Assembly (NCBI RefSeq): GCF_031769215.1
Contig: NW_026781915.1
Coordinates: 3,410,001-3,474,000 of the forward strand
Length of the DNA: 64,000 nt
Reading direction: 5' to 3'
DNA from: Ylistrum balloti
Taxonomy: Eukaryota
Shown: positions 13,401 through 24,705 of the stretch, in pieces
How positions within the stretch are numbered: position 1 is the first letter of the stretch
How the letters are laid out: every line of letters begins with the position of its first letter
Program-made: the position numbers and the translations under genes
The notes under the pieces: generated by a model
The model's input: only the letters and a program-made list of their open reading frames with translations
What the model was told of the DNA's origin: nothing
The model's database searches: none

Positions 13401-16400
13401 ATCTATTGATCATTAAAACAAACTCTTCCAACAAAAACAGTTAAACTCCGTTTAGCTTGACGTCATTTAGAGATCTCCACTAAATTAAACTCTTTTTTTT
13501 TCTACCGTTTTGATGTAGACATATTACACATTTTGTTACAAAAACTCAACTCTGCTTTCATATTATTTCAATAGAAAAATATTATTTTTCGCGTTACTTT
13601 GATCATAAGCAGAAGTTCATCTGTAATATTGTGCTGCTTATTTTGAGAAAAGGCCTTTGAGATTCCACTGTGACAAATGTCTCCTATAATCTCGCGGACG
13701 TGACTTAGAGTCCGATACACTGGTTCAGATTCCTGTAATACAACAATACATATAATTAAAAGCATTACTAGATCAATTAAACATACACATATAATTTTTT
13801 TTCTTTAACATCACATGACCGGGCAGAAGTGAAAATTGTCAAATAGCAAATGTCAATAATAGCAAAACAATCATAGCATCATTATACACCGTGTTGTATA
13901 GTCAGGAATAAGCCTTCATTGTTTTTTTCTTCTGTTGCTTTTTGTTATATAATGTACATAAGGTAGAAAATGTGTTTGAATTGTAAATGTAATCACTTTT
14001 GCAAAACCAGTCGCTATAGATAAGGTTCAACAGGTTCAAATGTAAAAATATCATATTGTGGTATAATGTTAGTCTGTAAAACTTTAAAGTTAAATAATTC
14101 AATACAATCATATACAATCATGCACTCATAAATAGGGGTGTTCATAATCAGACTCGGGGACCTTGTTATGTTCAAGTCAGATTGTCTGTAAAACACAATA
14201 AGATACACACTTATCTAACACCTATGTATTGAGAGAGTTCAGTCTCCGAACAAATCTACATCAAATATTTGACAATACCATGTCTTCAGTTGATCCGCCT
14301 TTAGGCCTAATTTTGCTGATCAGGATGCTCAATGGAAGCCAACAACTTCCTGTATTTCGTTCTATACACATTTCCTATAATCCAAATGAAAAGATAGATA
14401 TAGGAAGTTTTCATGAGTTTTACAAGACATATTTACGTCTAATTAGCATTCATTCTTAATAAAAGGTTAGTGACAAGAAAGAATTTCAAATCACATTTTA
14501 TAGAATCACGAACATTAGTTTCAGGTTGCAGGTGTATTCCCAGCGCAAGTAAAACATGGATAGATATCTACTCACCAACATTGATAACTATCTACTTACC
14601 AACACGGACGTTGCAACCTCTGTAGATGGTTCCTGTAACAGGGCGAAGTTGTAAAGAAACACATACTCGAACCACATGTTGACATGTCCTGCTCTCATGG
14701 CTCTGGTGAAAACCGTGATGCATGCATCCGTTCCGCATGATAATAGGCCGTCAAGAAAGTTGTCCTTTTCCAGTCTCTGATAACAAAAACATCATAGACA
14801 AAGTCCTGTCTAAAAAATGTTTCAAATATCATTTCTGTAGTCCGTTCAGATGTGTTTTATGTTTAAACATGCTATCACTCGGGTCTCACTCAAGGATGCG
14901 ACATCATAGCACCTGAACATTGAACAGTATGGCTGCAAAGCTGCTGCGTACATGGAAAGGTTGTTAAAAATTCGCTTCCAAGAAAGTAAAAAATCGCAAA
15001 CATTTAACAAGTGTGCATCAATCCAATACTCTTATCTCTGATCCCTATTATTTATATAATGCAGTTTATAATCCCTACTAAATCCTTTGATATACTACAT
15101 CGGAAAGGTTCATATAATGGTTACAATAATTTCCAGCCACATTACACACTGGTGACCGTTTATTACTGTGACAAATGACATGATGGAGTGTTCTGTGCGC
15201 CTCCACAATATACATACCTAAATTGTCTAATTACCTGCTCCGTTTTGTTACAATAGTCTACATGGTTTCCATGACAATCCCATACATCTTTCAAAACTTC
15301 CATAAGGTCGTTGGTGCGCGCTTGTCGGAGGAACCACAGAAAGTCGTGAAATAGTTTAGGGGTGGTTTCCATTGTTTCATTGTAAGTCGTTAGGGTCTGC
15401 AGCCAGCGACTGATATCACGTTTAGTCACCTGGATATCATTTCCTTGAATATCAAACTCATACCTCAGACTACTGGATTTCTTTCCTTTCATTTTACGAT
15501 CAACATTTCGTTCGGCGAGGTCTCTTGTTTCTTGTAGGACCAGATGCTGACTAAAACGTAAAACGAAACATTAACATTTGTGAAATTAATTTTCTACGAA
15601 CATGAAATGATGTCCTTTGTCAAAGAGATTCCATCATTTATAAATGAGACCATCACCTAATTCACTGTTAGAGAGATATAGATAGTAAACTTTTACAGGA
15701 ATCTAGCAACACTGCTCACCACCGACAACAACTATGTACGGTAATACATTCAAAATTGTATACTTGTCACTTGTTAGTGCCATTGACTGTAGTTTGTTTA
15801 ATCTTAACGAATTCCGACCAATAAAACGGTAAGGAGTCAACAATCAACTCAATAATGAGTATAACATTTATAGTTCTTTCAAATGACCATTTAATATCAC
15901 CTTTGTAACATTTTATTACTATAAGTGTTAGTAAGTGTAGTTGGTTTGGTACCCCTAGTTACACCATCCTTACCTTACATTGGTCATACATGTAGCAATT
16001 ATAGTTTCTTCGTGTGCGAAAGGACGAAACAGTTGTTGCTGTAGACATTTTGTTTCTTCAAGTCTGTGTTTTTTTCCTGTCGTGTGTTCACATTTAATAG
16101 ATGAGTTGAATGGATAAATCAACTGAAAAAAATTCAAATGCAAAGGAAAAAGGAAAAACAAAACAAAAACGTAATGTATGGGTTTAATAAATGCTTCTTA
16201 AATATATATTCTATGCATGGAAGCTGGGGTAGCTTACCTCGTCAATCACACCGTGGACATAGCCCCCGTAGACGCTCTTGATCATGGATATCAGGTTGTT
16301 TTGGCGGTAGTTGTATTGGGGAACCTGACACTTGGTGATGTCTCTGGATGTGTGTATCCTGTTCGGAGTCTCAACTATGTACTCGGTAGGACAGGACCCA

Positions 16401-19400
16401 AACAAGTCCTCCTACAAATCAACATAACATTGTTAAAATGAAGTACACCTACAGTTGCTTTTGTATCAATATGATTGTTTGAAAAACATTTCGTCACATT
16501 AAGTATTCATTGATAAATCACCAAACGAAGCAGAACTCCGCTGCACCGACCAATTAACCATTACACATAACTGATATCCTGAACGTTCTTTGTCTGAAAG
16601 ACTGGAAGGTCGATGACGTTGTACCCAAAAGTCTTTAAATGTTAAATGTTCTTTTTTCTAATTGGAATCACGCCATTTTGAGATCGCCGATCGCAGGTAG
16701 CAGATTCTGCTGGTGGACTTTATTCCCCCGGGTTTACCATTTGAGTAGTGGCACAATTCAGAATATAAACGTGTACAAGACGTTTGTAAGAAATCATCGG
16801 ACATTTGAAAAATATCAAAATTGTTGAGGTTTGAGGTAAATGCATATCTGCATCCAGATTGGACATTTCTTTCGATGAATTTTTATTTCCCTCAGTCCCT
16901 TCGTTCTAGGTTCACTCGTTTAGACCCTTAGCATCACTGATGAGTCCTAGAAGGACGAAATGGTTGTATAATTAATTCATATTTATTACCCCATTCTAAA
17001 GCAACCACTAAAGCAAGATTAAGAATCAGTTCATATGCATCTTCGATATTCCAGGGAATACAATCACTTTCGCTCTCTGCTTCCCTGGAACATGCAATGG
17101 CAAATATGAAGATTCCATGTGCGATACATTGCAGACAAGATGAAAAGACTAGTTTAATCCTCTGATGTGCATAAAGAGAACCTCGAGTTCGCATTACGGC
17201 ATATTGTAATGGCTTTGAAGTCTATGTGTCGCTCCTTTGTAATCTTCAAAAGGAGTGTATCAGCTTGTGATTGGTCTTTTTATAACCTGGAACCAATGAA
17301 ATTGCTTCACTTGTGCCTTCAATTTTACCATAACATGTTCAAGGGATGCAGAGAGCGAAAGTGATCGTAACCCCTGGAATATCGAGGATGGTTCAAATGA
17401 GAATTAAAAGTAAGCCTTGTAACTGCAACCTGATTGAAAATGTTATAACAGCGAGGGGATCGATTTGGCGGCGATTTCTTAGCATGTCTTGACAACAATA
17501 ACAATCTAAATAACTGACGACAAACAGTGTTGTTATTATGAACTTTGGTATATCTTATTTTACACGCATTCAAACTATCTTAAATATTTATTTCTGAAAG
17601 AACAAAAACTGGGTAATAGGGTTACATAGTATATATGATTAACAAATATCGATTTTATGACAAATATCCATTAAACTCAACTTTTTAATTAACATAAAAA
17701 AACAAGGGCTAGAATACATTATTTATCGGACAGTCATTAAACTCCTTTTTGATCATAAAAAACAAGGGTGACGAAGATGGGTGACTCACCGTTTCCATGG
17801 TATGTGTCTGGTTTCCGGGTTCCTCTGTGACGAGTTTGATCTGAAGTGCTGACAGAATCCCACGCTTTATGTTGAGAGCGTCATTTGTTTCTACCTGATC
17901 CACCACAATAGTGTGTGGACGAATCGTCCCACTACCAAACTGGAAGTACAGCTCCCTACAATGTCAGCAAATTAGAAAATATCACTCAAAAATTTATATC
18001 ACTCTCTGCAGTATTACAAGAAATTATTAAAACTCCGATCCACTTCAAACAACATTACAACAAATTATAATCACTTTCTACAACATTGTACCCGTTTGAT
18101 ATCACCCAATGCAACAATACAACAATTTACATCATTTCTTACAACATTGTAACATTTTGATATCATTCACTGAAATTTACAACAAATTAATATCACGTTG
18201 TACAACATTGTATCAACTGGATATTACTACCTATGATAATTTGACAAGTGACGGCATTTACCTCCCTAGAAGACTTGTTATATCTTCTGATAAAACTGCA
18301 TCTTTAAGATACAAATCAGCGTCTCCCGGTTGTCTGTGATATAGCGAACATGTCGTCACCTGTAAAGAGGTTTTGTTATGTCAACCGCATGAACTATTAC
18401 AGGCAGCCAAGGTCGGGGTCAGCCACATTAATTTGAATACAATAATTATATACCTATATATACTGACGAACACAACTTTGTTATAACAAAGTTAAGGTAA
18501 AAATATTTACAAATCCGTTCATTATCCATTGTTAACACGTTCATTAACCGCTGCCCCAAACATGTTACATTTAACCAAAAATAGTGTTTTAAATGTCAAT
18601 TTTGCTCAAACATCTTTTTTTCTACAATTGGCCTTTCTCTATGAAGTTACCTTGTTTAGACTTAATTCTGTCTCTTAAAAGTGCTCCATCCTCTCTTGGC
18701 AGATTCGTGGTTAGTTCTATACCGTTAATACAGCTGTAGACAGTCATTCAACGTCAGATATTAATAATTAATGAAAAATGTATAGGGATGTGCTCATGTT
18801 AAATAATATTATATTATAGAATGTATATCCATACTTACATTCATATAAGCTTCACACTTCCTCCTAGCTTCCACCACTACATCACAGTTAAGTTTAAAAG
18901 CGGATTTAGACTTTGTCGTCCCCACAAAACTCGTCTCTACTGTGGTGCTGTAATGGTAGAGGTACTTGTGGCCACCGCGAAACCTAACCTCTACAAATAC
19001 AAACCAATTTAGATAAATAACTCACGAAGGAACCTAGCCTCTACAAAAAAAGACAAGAAAGTACCAACATCATCATAATTCAAAATCAAACATAAAATAA
19101 CTAGGGCGAAGTATGAACAAAAGAAAGATTCACATGGCAATACAAGACGAAATTCGTATTATACAAACACAAACCAATATAGATAAAATCCATTACTATT
19201 ACTTTTATCTCTAAGGTGCTGAAGTTTTATTCATTGTTCGTCACGATCGTCAGTGTATAATCCATTCTTTGAAAGCAATATTTTACAATGAGACCTATAT
19301 TTGGAAATATTCTTAGTTTAAACGATTTGTTCCCGAGGTCTGACGTTACCGGCTGTATACCATGTCTACACGTTGATTTCATTTTCTTAAAATAATTTTA

Positions 19401-20085
19401 AAAAAAAAAAAGAAAAAAAGACTAAAATATCAAAGAGTTGGTACACTTTCAAATGACACGAACACAACCTGTCATCTTAATACTGAAAAATTCTGGGATA
19501 TAGAGATCGTAAAGATTATGACCCTTGGAATATTGACGATATCTTAATGTGCAACCACTGTTAATGGTATTGATCATGTTCACAATATACACATATATAA
19601 ATATGGTGTTTACAAGGTTGTTATTTCATAAGTGGTGCTTAAAAATATACAAATATTCGTTTGAAATGGAAACTCGAAAATGCATTGACCATTTCTTATG
19701 TTATAAGCTGTACTTACCTCTCCTATCACAGTCGATGGGCTTTTTAATTCGTTTCTCAAACGCTGCACTTACTGGAGCGAAAAAACTCAAATAAGGTTTT
19801 AATGAAAATGTAACTGTATGGATAAGAACTCGTATACATAATGTAGGTGATTCTCATCAGAAATATCAAAGACATTCTCTTCAAATCATATTAACACAAA
19901 TATACGCACAAAAGATTTGTCTTGTATCGACAAAAGTTTATTCCGATAAATCTTCAATTGTTTATCTATCAACTTGACAAAATGCACACATTAAACCTAT
20001 TGCATTTTAATCCCCTGACGGAAAACGAACATAACTTACCACAGATAAGACAAAGTAGCGCTAGACATGTTAATATCCCCGCCAT
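7498..20085 (-). CDS. Large lipid transfer protein (apolipophorin/apoB-like, Vitellogenin_N family), exons 1-21, about 1077 aa of a longer protein
   Basis: Phase-consistent GT/AG exons: 20085-20040 (signal peptide MAGILTCLALLCLIC), 19771-19718, 18990-18839 (FRGGHKYLYHYSTTVET), 18359-18262, 17955-17790 (LNIKRGILSALQ), 16411-16238 (EDLFGSCPTEY), 16122-15974, 15550-15235, 14776-14600 (LDGLLSCGTDAC), 14374-14279, 13732-13598, 13270-13115 (VLGNIG), 12926-12685, 11975-11868, 11583-11432, 10108-9914, 9706-9571, 9308-9135 (LPTVGGFPL), 8545-8342, 7999-7772 (PYFPLSGP), 7571-7498. These motifs are hallmarks of LLTP beta-barrel, helical and beta-sheet regions. The exact subfamily needs a database search; the 12685 donor is weak. 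Confidence 0.88.
8860..10460 (+). repeat. Two short related dispersed-repeat fragments (about 8860-8950 and 10376-10460)
   Basis: Both start CAGGAGTCTCCG(C/T)GTAAATC and continue with similar TTTGGA..TGAT.AT...TTGGTATTTT sequence, suggesting SINE/LINE-tail fragments. Confidence 0.4.
16588..16630 (+). ncRNA. Second, more degenerate hammerhead-like motif
   Basis: CTGAAA-[GACT GGAA GGTC]-GATGA-CGTTGTA. Stem II and the CGTTGT stem III typical of Penelope-type hammerheads are present, but both conserved core boxes deviate. Confidence 0.35.
16932..16973 (+). ncRNA. Minimal type I hammerhead ribozyme core (degenerate stem I)
   Basis: CTGATGA (16937-16943), stem II GTCC-TAGAA-GGAC, GAAA, then TGGTTGTA giving A-U and U-G stem III pairs and a GUA cleavage triplet at 16966-16968. 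Stem I pairs only 3 of 5. Confidence 0.65.
17038..17390. mobile_element. Foldback/MITE-like element with about 115-bp inverted arms
   Basis: Arm 17038-17149 (CATCTTCGATATTCCAGGGAATACAATCACTTTCGCTCTCTGCTTCCCTGGAACATG...) is the reverse complement, with mismatches, of 17274-17390 (...CATGTTCAAGGGATGCAGAGAGCGAAAGTGATCGTAACCCCTGGAATATCGAGGATG). Confidence 0.75.
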
Positions 20086-20835
20086 AGTTTGTCAAGGCTG
20101 AACCCACGTGGATGTGAATGAAGATCGCCTTAATCTTAACTGGTAACAGGACGCTAGATTAAGAAATGTTTTTTACAGAACTTAATTTGATACTATAGAT
20201 ATGAAGTGGGAGAGAGTTAGGTTTTCCATTGGTAGACAAAGTCTGCTGACCTTTTGACTTCCCACGTGCTATATAGCGTGATCCAGAACACTTAATGTAA
20301 CATTACTTCTCTAGAATATATCTACGAAAATCGGAAAATAAAATTAAAATCACCATATTATCGGCGTTTGTGAAACATTTTCATTGTGTTCGTATGTGTA
20401 TTTTGTCAGTAAGTTGAACTTGAAACAGTGCAAACTTGGTATATGATTTAGTGCGGAGAATCGGGAGCAGTAAACCTTCAAATACCAGTACGTATTACCA
20501 GTAAAATTCGATTGGCTGTAGGATTATCATGATATACCCACAAATTTAGGGTTATCAAGTTATACAGTATCTGCAGGTGCGCTTTTGTAAAAGAAATTAT
20601 TAGTGAAAACAATCGATGTATCCATGTTAGCGTGACGTTTGTGCCGTAGGCTTACAATTTTGAAACGCCACGATATGGTGTGTGCATGTAGAGGAAACTG
20701 GAAAAAAAGTCTAAATATTTAATAAAAATAGTCTGGTCAGAAATGTGACGGTATATAAGTCACCTATAAGTCACGTGACATTGTCCAATTATCATCAATA
20801 ACGTCATATGTCATTTGCCATAGTCAATTATCTTA

Positions 20836-21195
20836 ATGTCACATGACACACTACCGTTATCAATATAATGTCACAGGACACACTACCGTTATCAATATAA
20901 TGTCACAGGACACACTACTGTTATCAATATAATGCCGATACATTATCAACGATAATGTCACAGGCTCACTACCGTTTTCAATATAATGTTACAGGACACG
21001 CTACCGTTATCAATATAATGTCACAGGACACACTACCGTTATCAATATAATGTCACGGGACACGCTACCGTTATCAATATAATGTTACAGGACACGCTAC
21101 CGTTATCAATATAATGTCACAGGACACACTACCGTTATCAATATAATGTCACAGGACACGCTACCGTTATCAATGATAATGTCACATGCTGCACT
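20836..21195. repeat. 32-bp minisatellite, about 11 copies, upstream of the lipid transfer gene
   Basis: Unit CAGGACACACTACCGTTATCAATATAATGTCA (starts at 20874, 20906, ...), head-to-tail with no spacers. Confidence 0.95.
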
Positions 21196-22769
21196 ATCGA
21201 AAGTACTGTATGTCATGAGTTTCTACTAACTAATTATACACTAGATGTCATTTTCGGTATGTTGACTTCACATAGAACCCTTACTGTATCTGCTTTTATC
21301 ACGTGGTACGGTCCTGTGTCTTCTCCTCACTCCCATTCTATTAATAGAATAGTGTTCTCCGTATCCTCAAAATCCAATGTGAAGTGGATGGACTTTGTTC
21401 TTTTATTAGGGTTGTACACGTTCACTTGCCTGGGTCACATAAAAACTAATTAGCAGACATCATACTGAAATCAAGCCTTCGAAATACATTTAAGTTTTTT
21501 TTAACTGTTTATATGAGAGGGATAGTTTAGATTAAGCCTGTTGTTCGGTGCTCATTAATTCATTATAATTTCACAAAATACTTTGAAATGAAATGAAGTG
21601 TTTATCCATGAGAGCTAACCTTTGACCCGTTAAGAAAAGAACATTACTACATTGTATATTGAAATTCTTCATTTATTCTTAATATATGTAAATGTACTTG
21701 GAAGATGATTGTTAAAAGATATATGGTGCAAACAAATTGGGAAAAAAACTCGTCAGAAAGTGCACGAATAACAACTGGTCTATACCTCACGCTAACAGAG
21801 ATTCCTTCTATTCTGTAAGAGGGTTAGAAGCACTTGTAAATCGTCGTTCTCAGAGAAACAGAAACAACAAAACCATTGACATATTAACACCCAGTTATTC
21901 ACCCTTATGTTCCTTAGTCTCAGAACACTCGCATAACAACTTCCGTGATACTAATAATTATTCTATACCAAAGTTCCTGGGACATCAAACAACTTTTTTA
22001 GTTCAGTAGGTGTAAATTGATCAGTTTGCGGGAATTACTCCCAATTTGGCTATTTCTAAACATCGTTTCCAATATTTCATTTTGACTATGGATCTGTATG
22101 ACTTTTATCTGCTCAATGTTTAACTGTTTTTGGTATGTCATTTTTGTACTTTTATCAATACCTGCAAATTGGAGAAAATACATGAACGCGCCCTTAGATT
22201 CATAGAAGATGATTTTATCTCACCTGTATAATATATGTTCTTACTCTTCACTCTTATCCAGCTAAATAAGTGAGTGCTTTGTTGTTCCTAAACTTTATTT
22301 ACTTATTTATAACGTTAGTCGTTATGTATTACATAGACTGTTATCATCAATTCTAAGATGTCTGTGCACCTATTAGCTTACGTTACTGTGTATTTAATGA
22401 AAGTATTATGATGGCTTAACTTCCATCATGTAGTGTTGAGTGCTAGTTGCTGTGATCGGATTTATGTATATGTACTGTATGTGTTATCTGCTGTGATATT
22501 GATAATGTACCAATCTAGTATGACAGGAATTATATACCAATCTTCTGTGACAATTATGATATACCAGTCTTCTGTGATAGGAATTGTATACTACTCTATA
22601 GGTTTTGTGTATATGTACTATGTTTTTATGTTCTCAAAAAATGCTTTTTAGATGTGTCGCTTTATTAGTCTAATGCTTGTTTTATTTATCTATGTTGTGA
22701 AATATCTTTACTGTTCTTTTTTGTCGCAAGCTACGAAGCTAATATTTGCTGTGAATATTGCATCTTAGA

Positions 22770-22835
22770 TCGATATCCGGAACTAATGTTCGATCCGATA
22801 TCCTTCAACAAATATTTAGGCTACGCCGGAAGTTG
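22770..22835 (+). promoter_or_regulatory. Putative DIS3L promoter elements (ETS-type CCGGAAGT)
   Basis: CCGGAAGT at 22826-22833 and CCGGAAC near 22778 in a CpG-richer patch 1.9 kb upstream of the DIS3L ATG. A strong unused donor AG|GTGAGT at 23762 and the acceptor at 24701 suggest a non-coding first exon. Confidence 0.35.
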
Positions 22836-24705
22836 TCTGAAAAGTTGTTGTCTTACTCTACTGAACGCTTTTTGTAAGCACACCACGTAATTAGTGGTCA
22901 AGTGGCTGATTGACACAGACCAAAAAAGAATTGAAGATATTTTGCGGGAAGCAGTAAACAAAATAGACACAGCACTATGACATGAATTAATGATTCCGGT
23001 ACAGTGTTTTGTATTTCCATCATCTTTTGCTCATTCGTTTTTTTCAAAATGTATTGTCCAGGGTATGGTATGGATGTTACCAATGGTAATAAGTATTATG
23101 TCATTTAGTAACGTTTGCCGTGAGATGGTAGACTGCAGGTGAACTCAATTAAAAACGAAAGGAAAATATAGTTTCAAATAAGTTAAATCCCTATCTAACA
23201 TTTTTTTTGTTCTTATGCACGTGTAAGTTTTTGTCTATAAACCATATTGTCACACTATTTTCGATCTTGGACTTGGTGTACACAGGATTAGTGTACAACC
23301 GAAAAGTTATTCGATTGCTAGCCGTCTCATATACACTAAATACAGTGCTAGTGCACTTCACACTGGTCTGATGGGTGTGAACCTTTAGTCATTGAAGCGT
23401 CACACTTAAATCTACTGGTTGTGTTATAACAGTGTTTGCCATAAGTCGATAAGTGACATTGCTGTCATGTATATAATATGTAGTGCTTATTCTGTTTCCA
23501 AGTGAAAATATCATGAATCTATGGCATTACAAAGTAATACGTAAATAAAAATTCACATGGAAAGCAGATAGTTCTAAACACCACAAGGAAAAGTGTAAGA
23601 AAAGATTTAACCCAAGTGGTAGGATATTTATAACAGAATCTTTATCAGTGGATTGTTTCATTACAGTATTAAATGTAAGAAGTGTTTTACTGCCAATTAG
23701 TCTATTTGGAATAAACGATAGCATATAATTGGTTTTGCAACGTCCGTTACTCTTGTAAACAGGTGAGTTTAATGCACAGATTCACAGGTTCACTGGTCAG
23801 CATCACCAACTGTTCTGCAAATAAAGTTTTATGTCAATTGATATCGTCCAGACCATCTGGTTGAAAGGTCAAAACATGCTGAGTTTTCATAAGAGTAATC
23901 TCAAAACTGGTATTAGAAACAGAAGCTACCAAAGAGGATCACTGATTGCTTCTGTGATTAAGAATATAGTTAAAACTATATTGATTCAATTATGTTACTA
24001 ATACAATGGACATGAAATATATTTTGGGTGGAAAAGTGCTTGAAGCTAAATAAATCATAAGGAGAATATCTTTATAGTATTATACAAGAGTAAACTGACA
24101 TAAAATTGCATGTTTTGTGGTCTTAGTTTTCACTTAGGGCATATGAAATAGAACAAGAATGTTCAGTCTGATAAATATTCCTATTTACCTATCAGAATGT
24201 AAGATCTGTAGATTTTGGAAAGAAAATGCTAGTTTTCATATGAAGATTTTTGTGAACCTGTAAAATTTATCTTGGGCCTGTAAAAAGTTTTGACTACCTG
24301 CCTAACTGACCTGATTTTTAGAGTTTGGCACACACTGTTTAAGAACTTTTATTCTATCGAAAGTGAATTGTGTGGTGGAAGCAAGTGAGATATGTTGTGG
24401 TTGGTTAATTAAAGTAACCAATTTCCTATCTCACCATTGGAACATATTACTCTAAATGAACAATTTTTTTTATGTCCAGGAAATTATAAACATTGACATG
24501 AATCATAGCAGTGGATTTAATGTTGTGAGCATGTTATATCCAGGAAATGTAGTGCCAACAAAAATGCATATTTTTGCAAACCACAAAGGTTTTGCTCAAG
24601 AAAAATTTTGATTTTACAATAAGTCATGTATCAATATTGTACCAGTAGTGCAATTAATTGTAATCCCACAAATAAAACTAACCTTTGTCTTCTTATTGTA
24701 GGAAA

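Noticed and set aside
20836-21195. CRISPR-like 32-bp repeats
   Set aside because: Units are head-to-tail with no unique spacers, there are no cas genes, and the context is eukaryotic.
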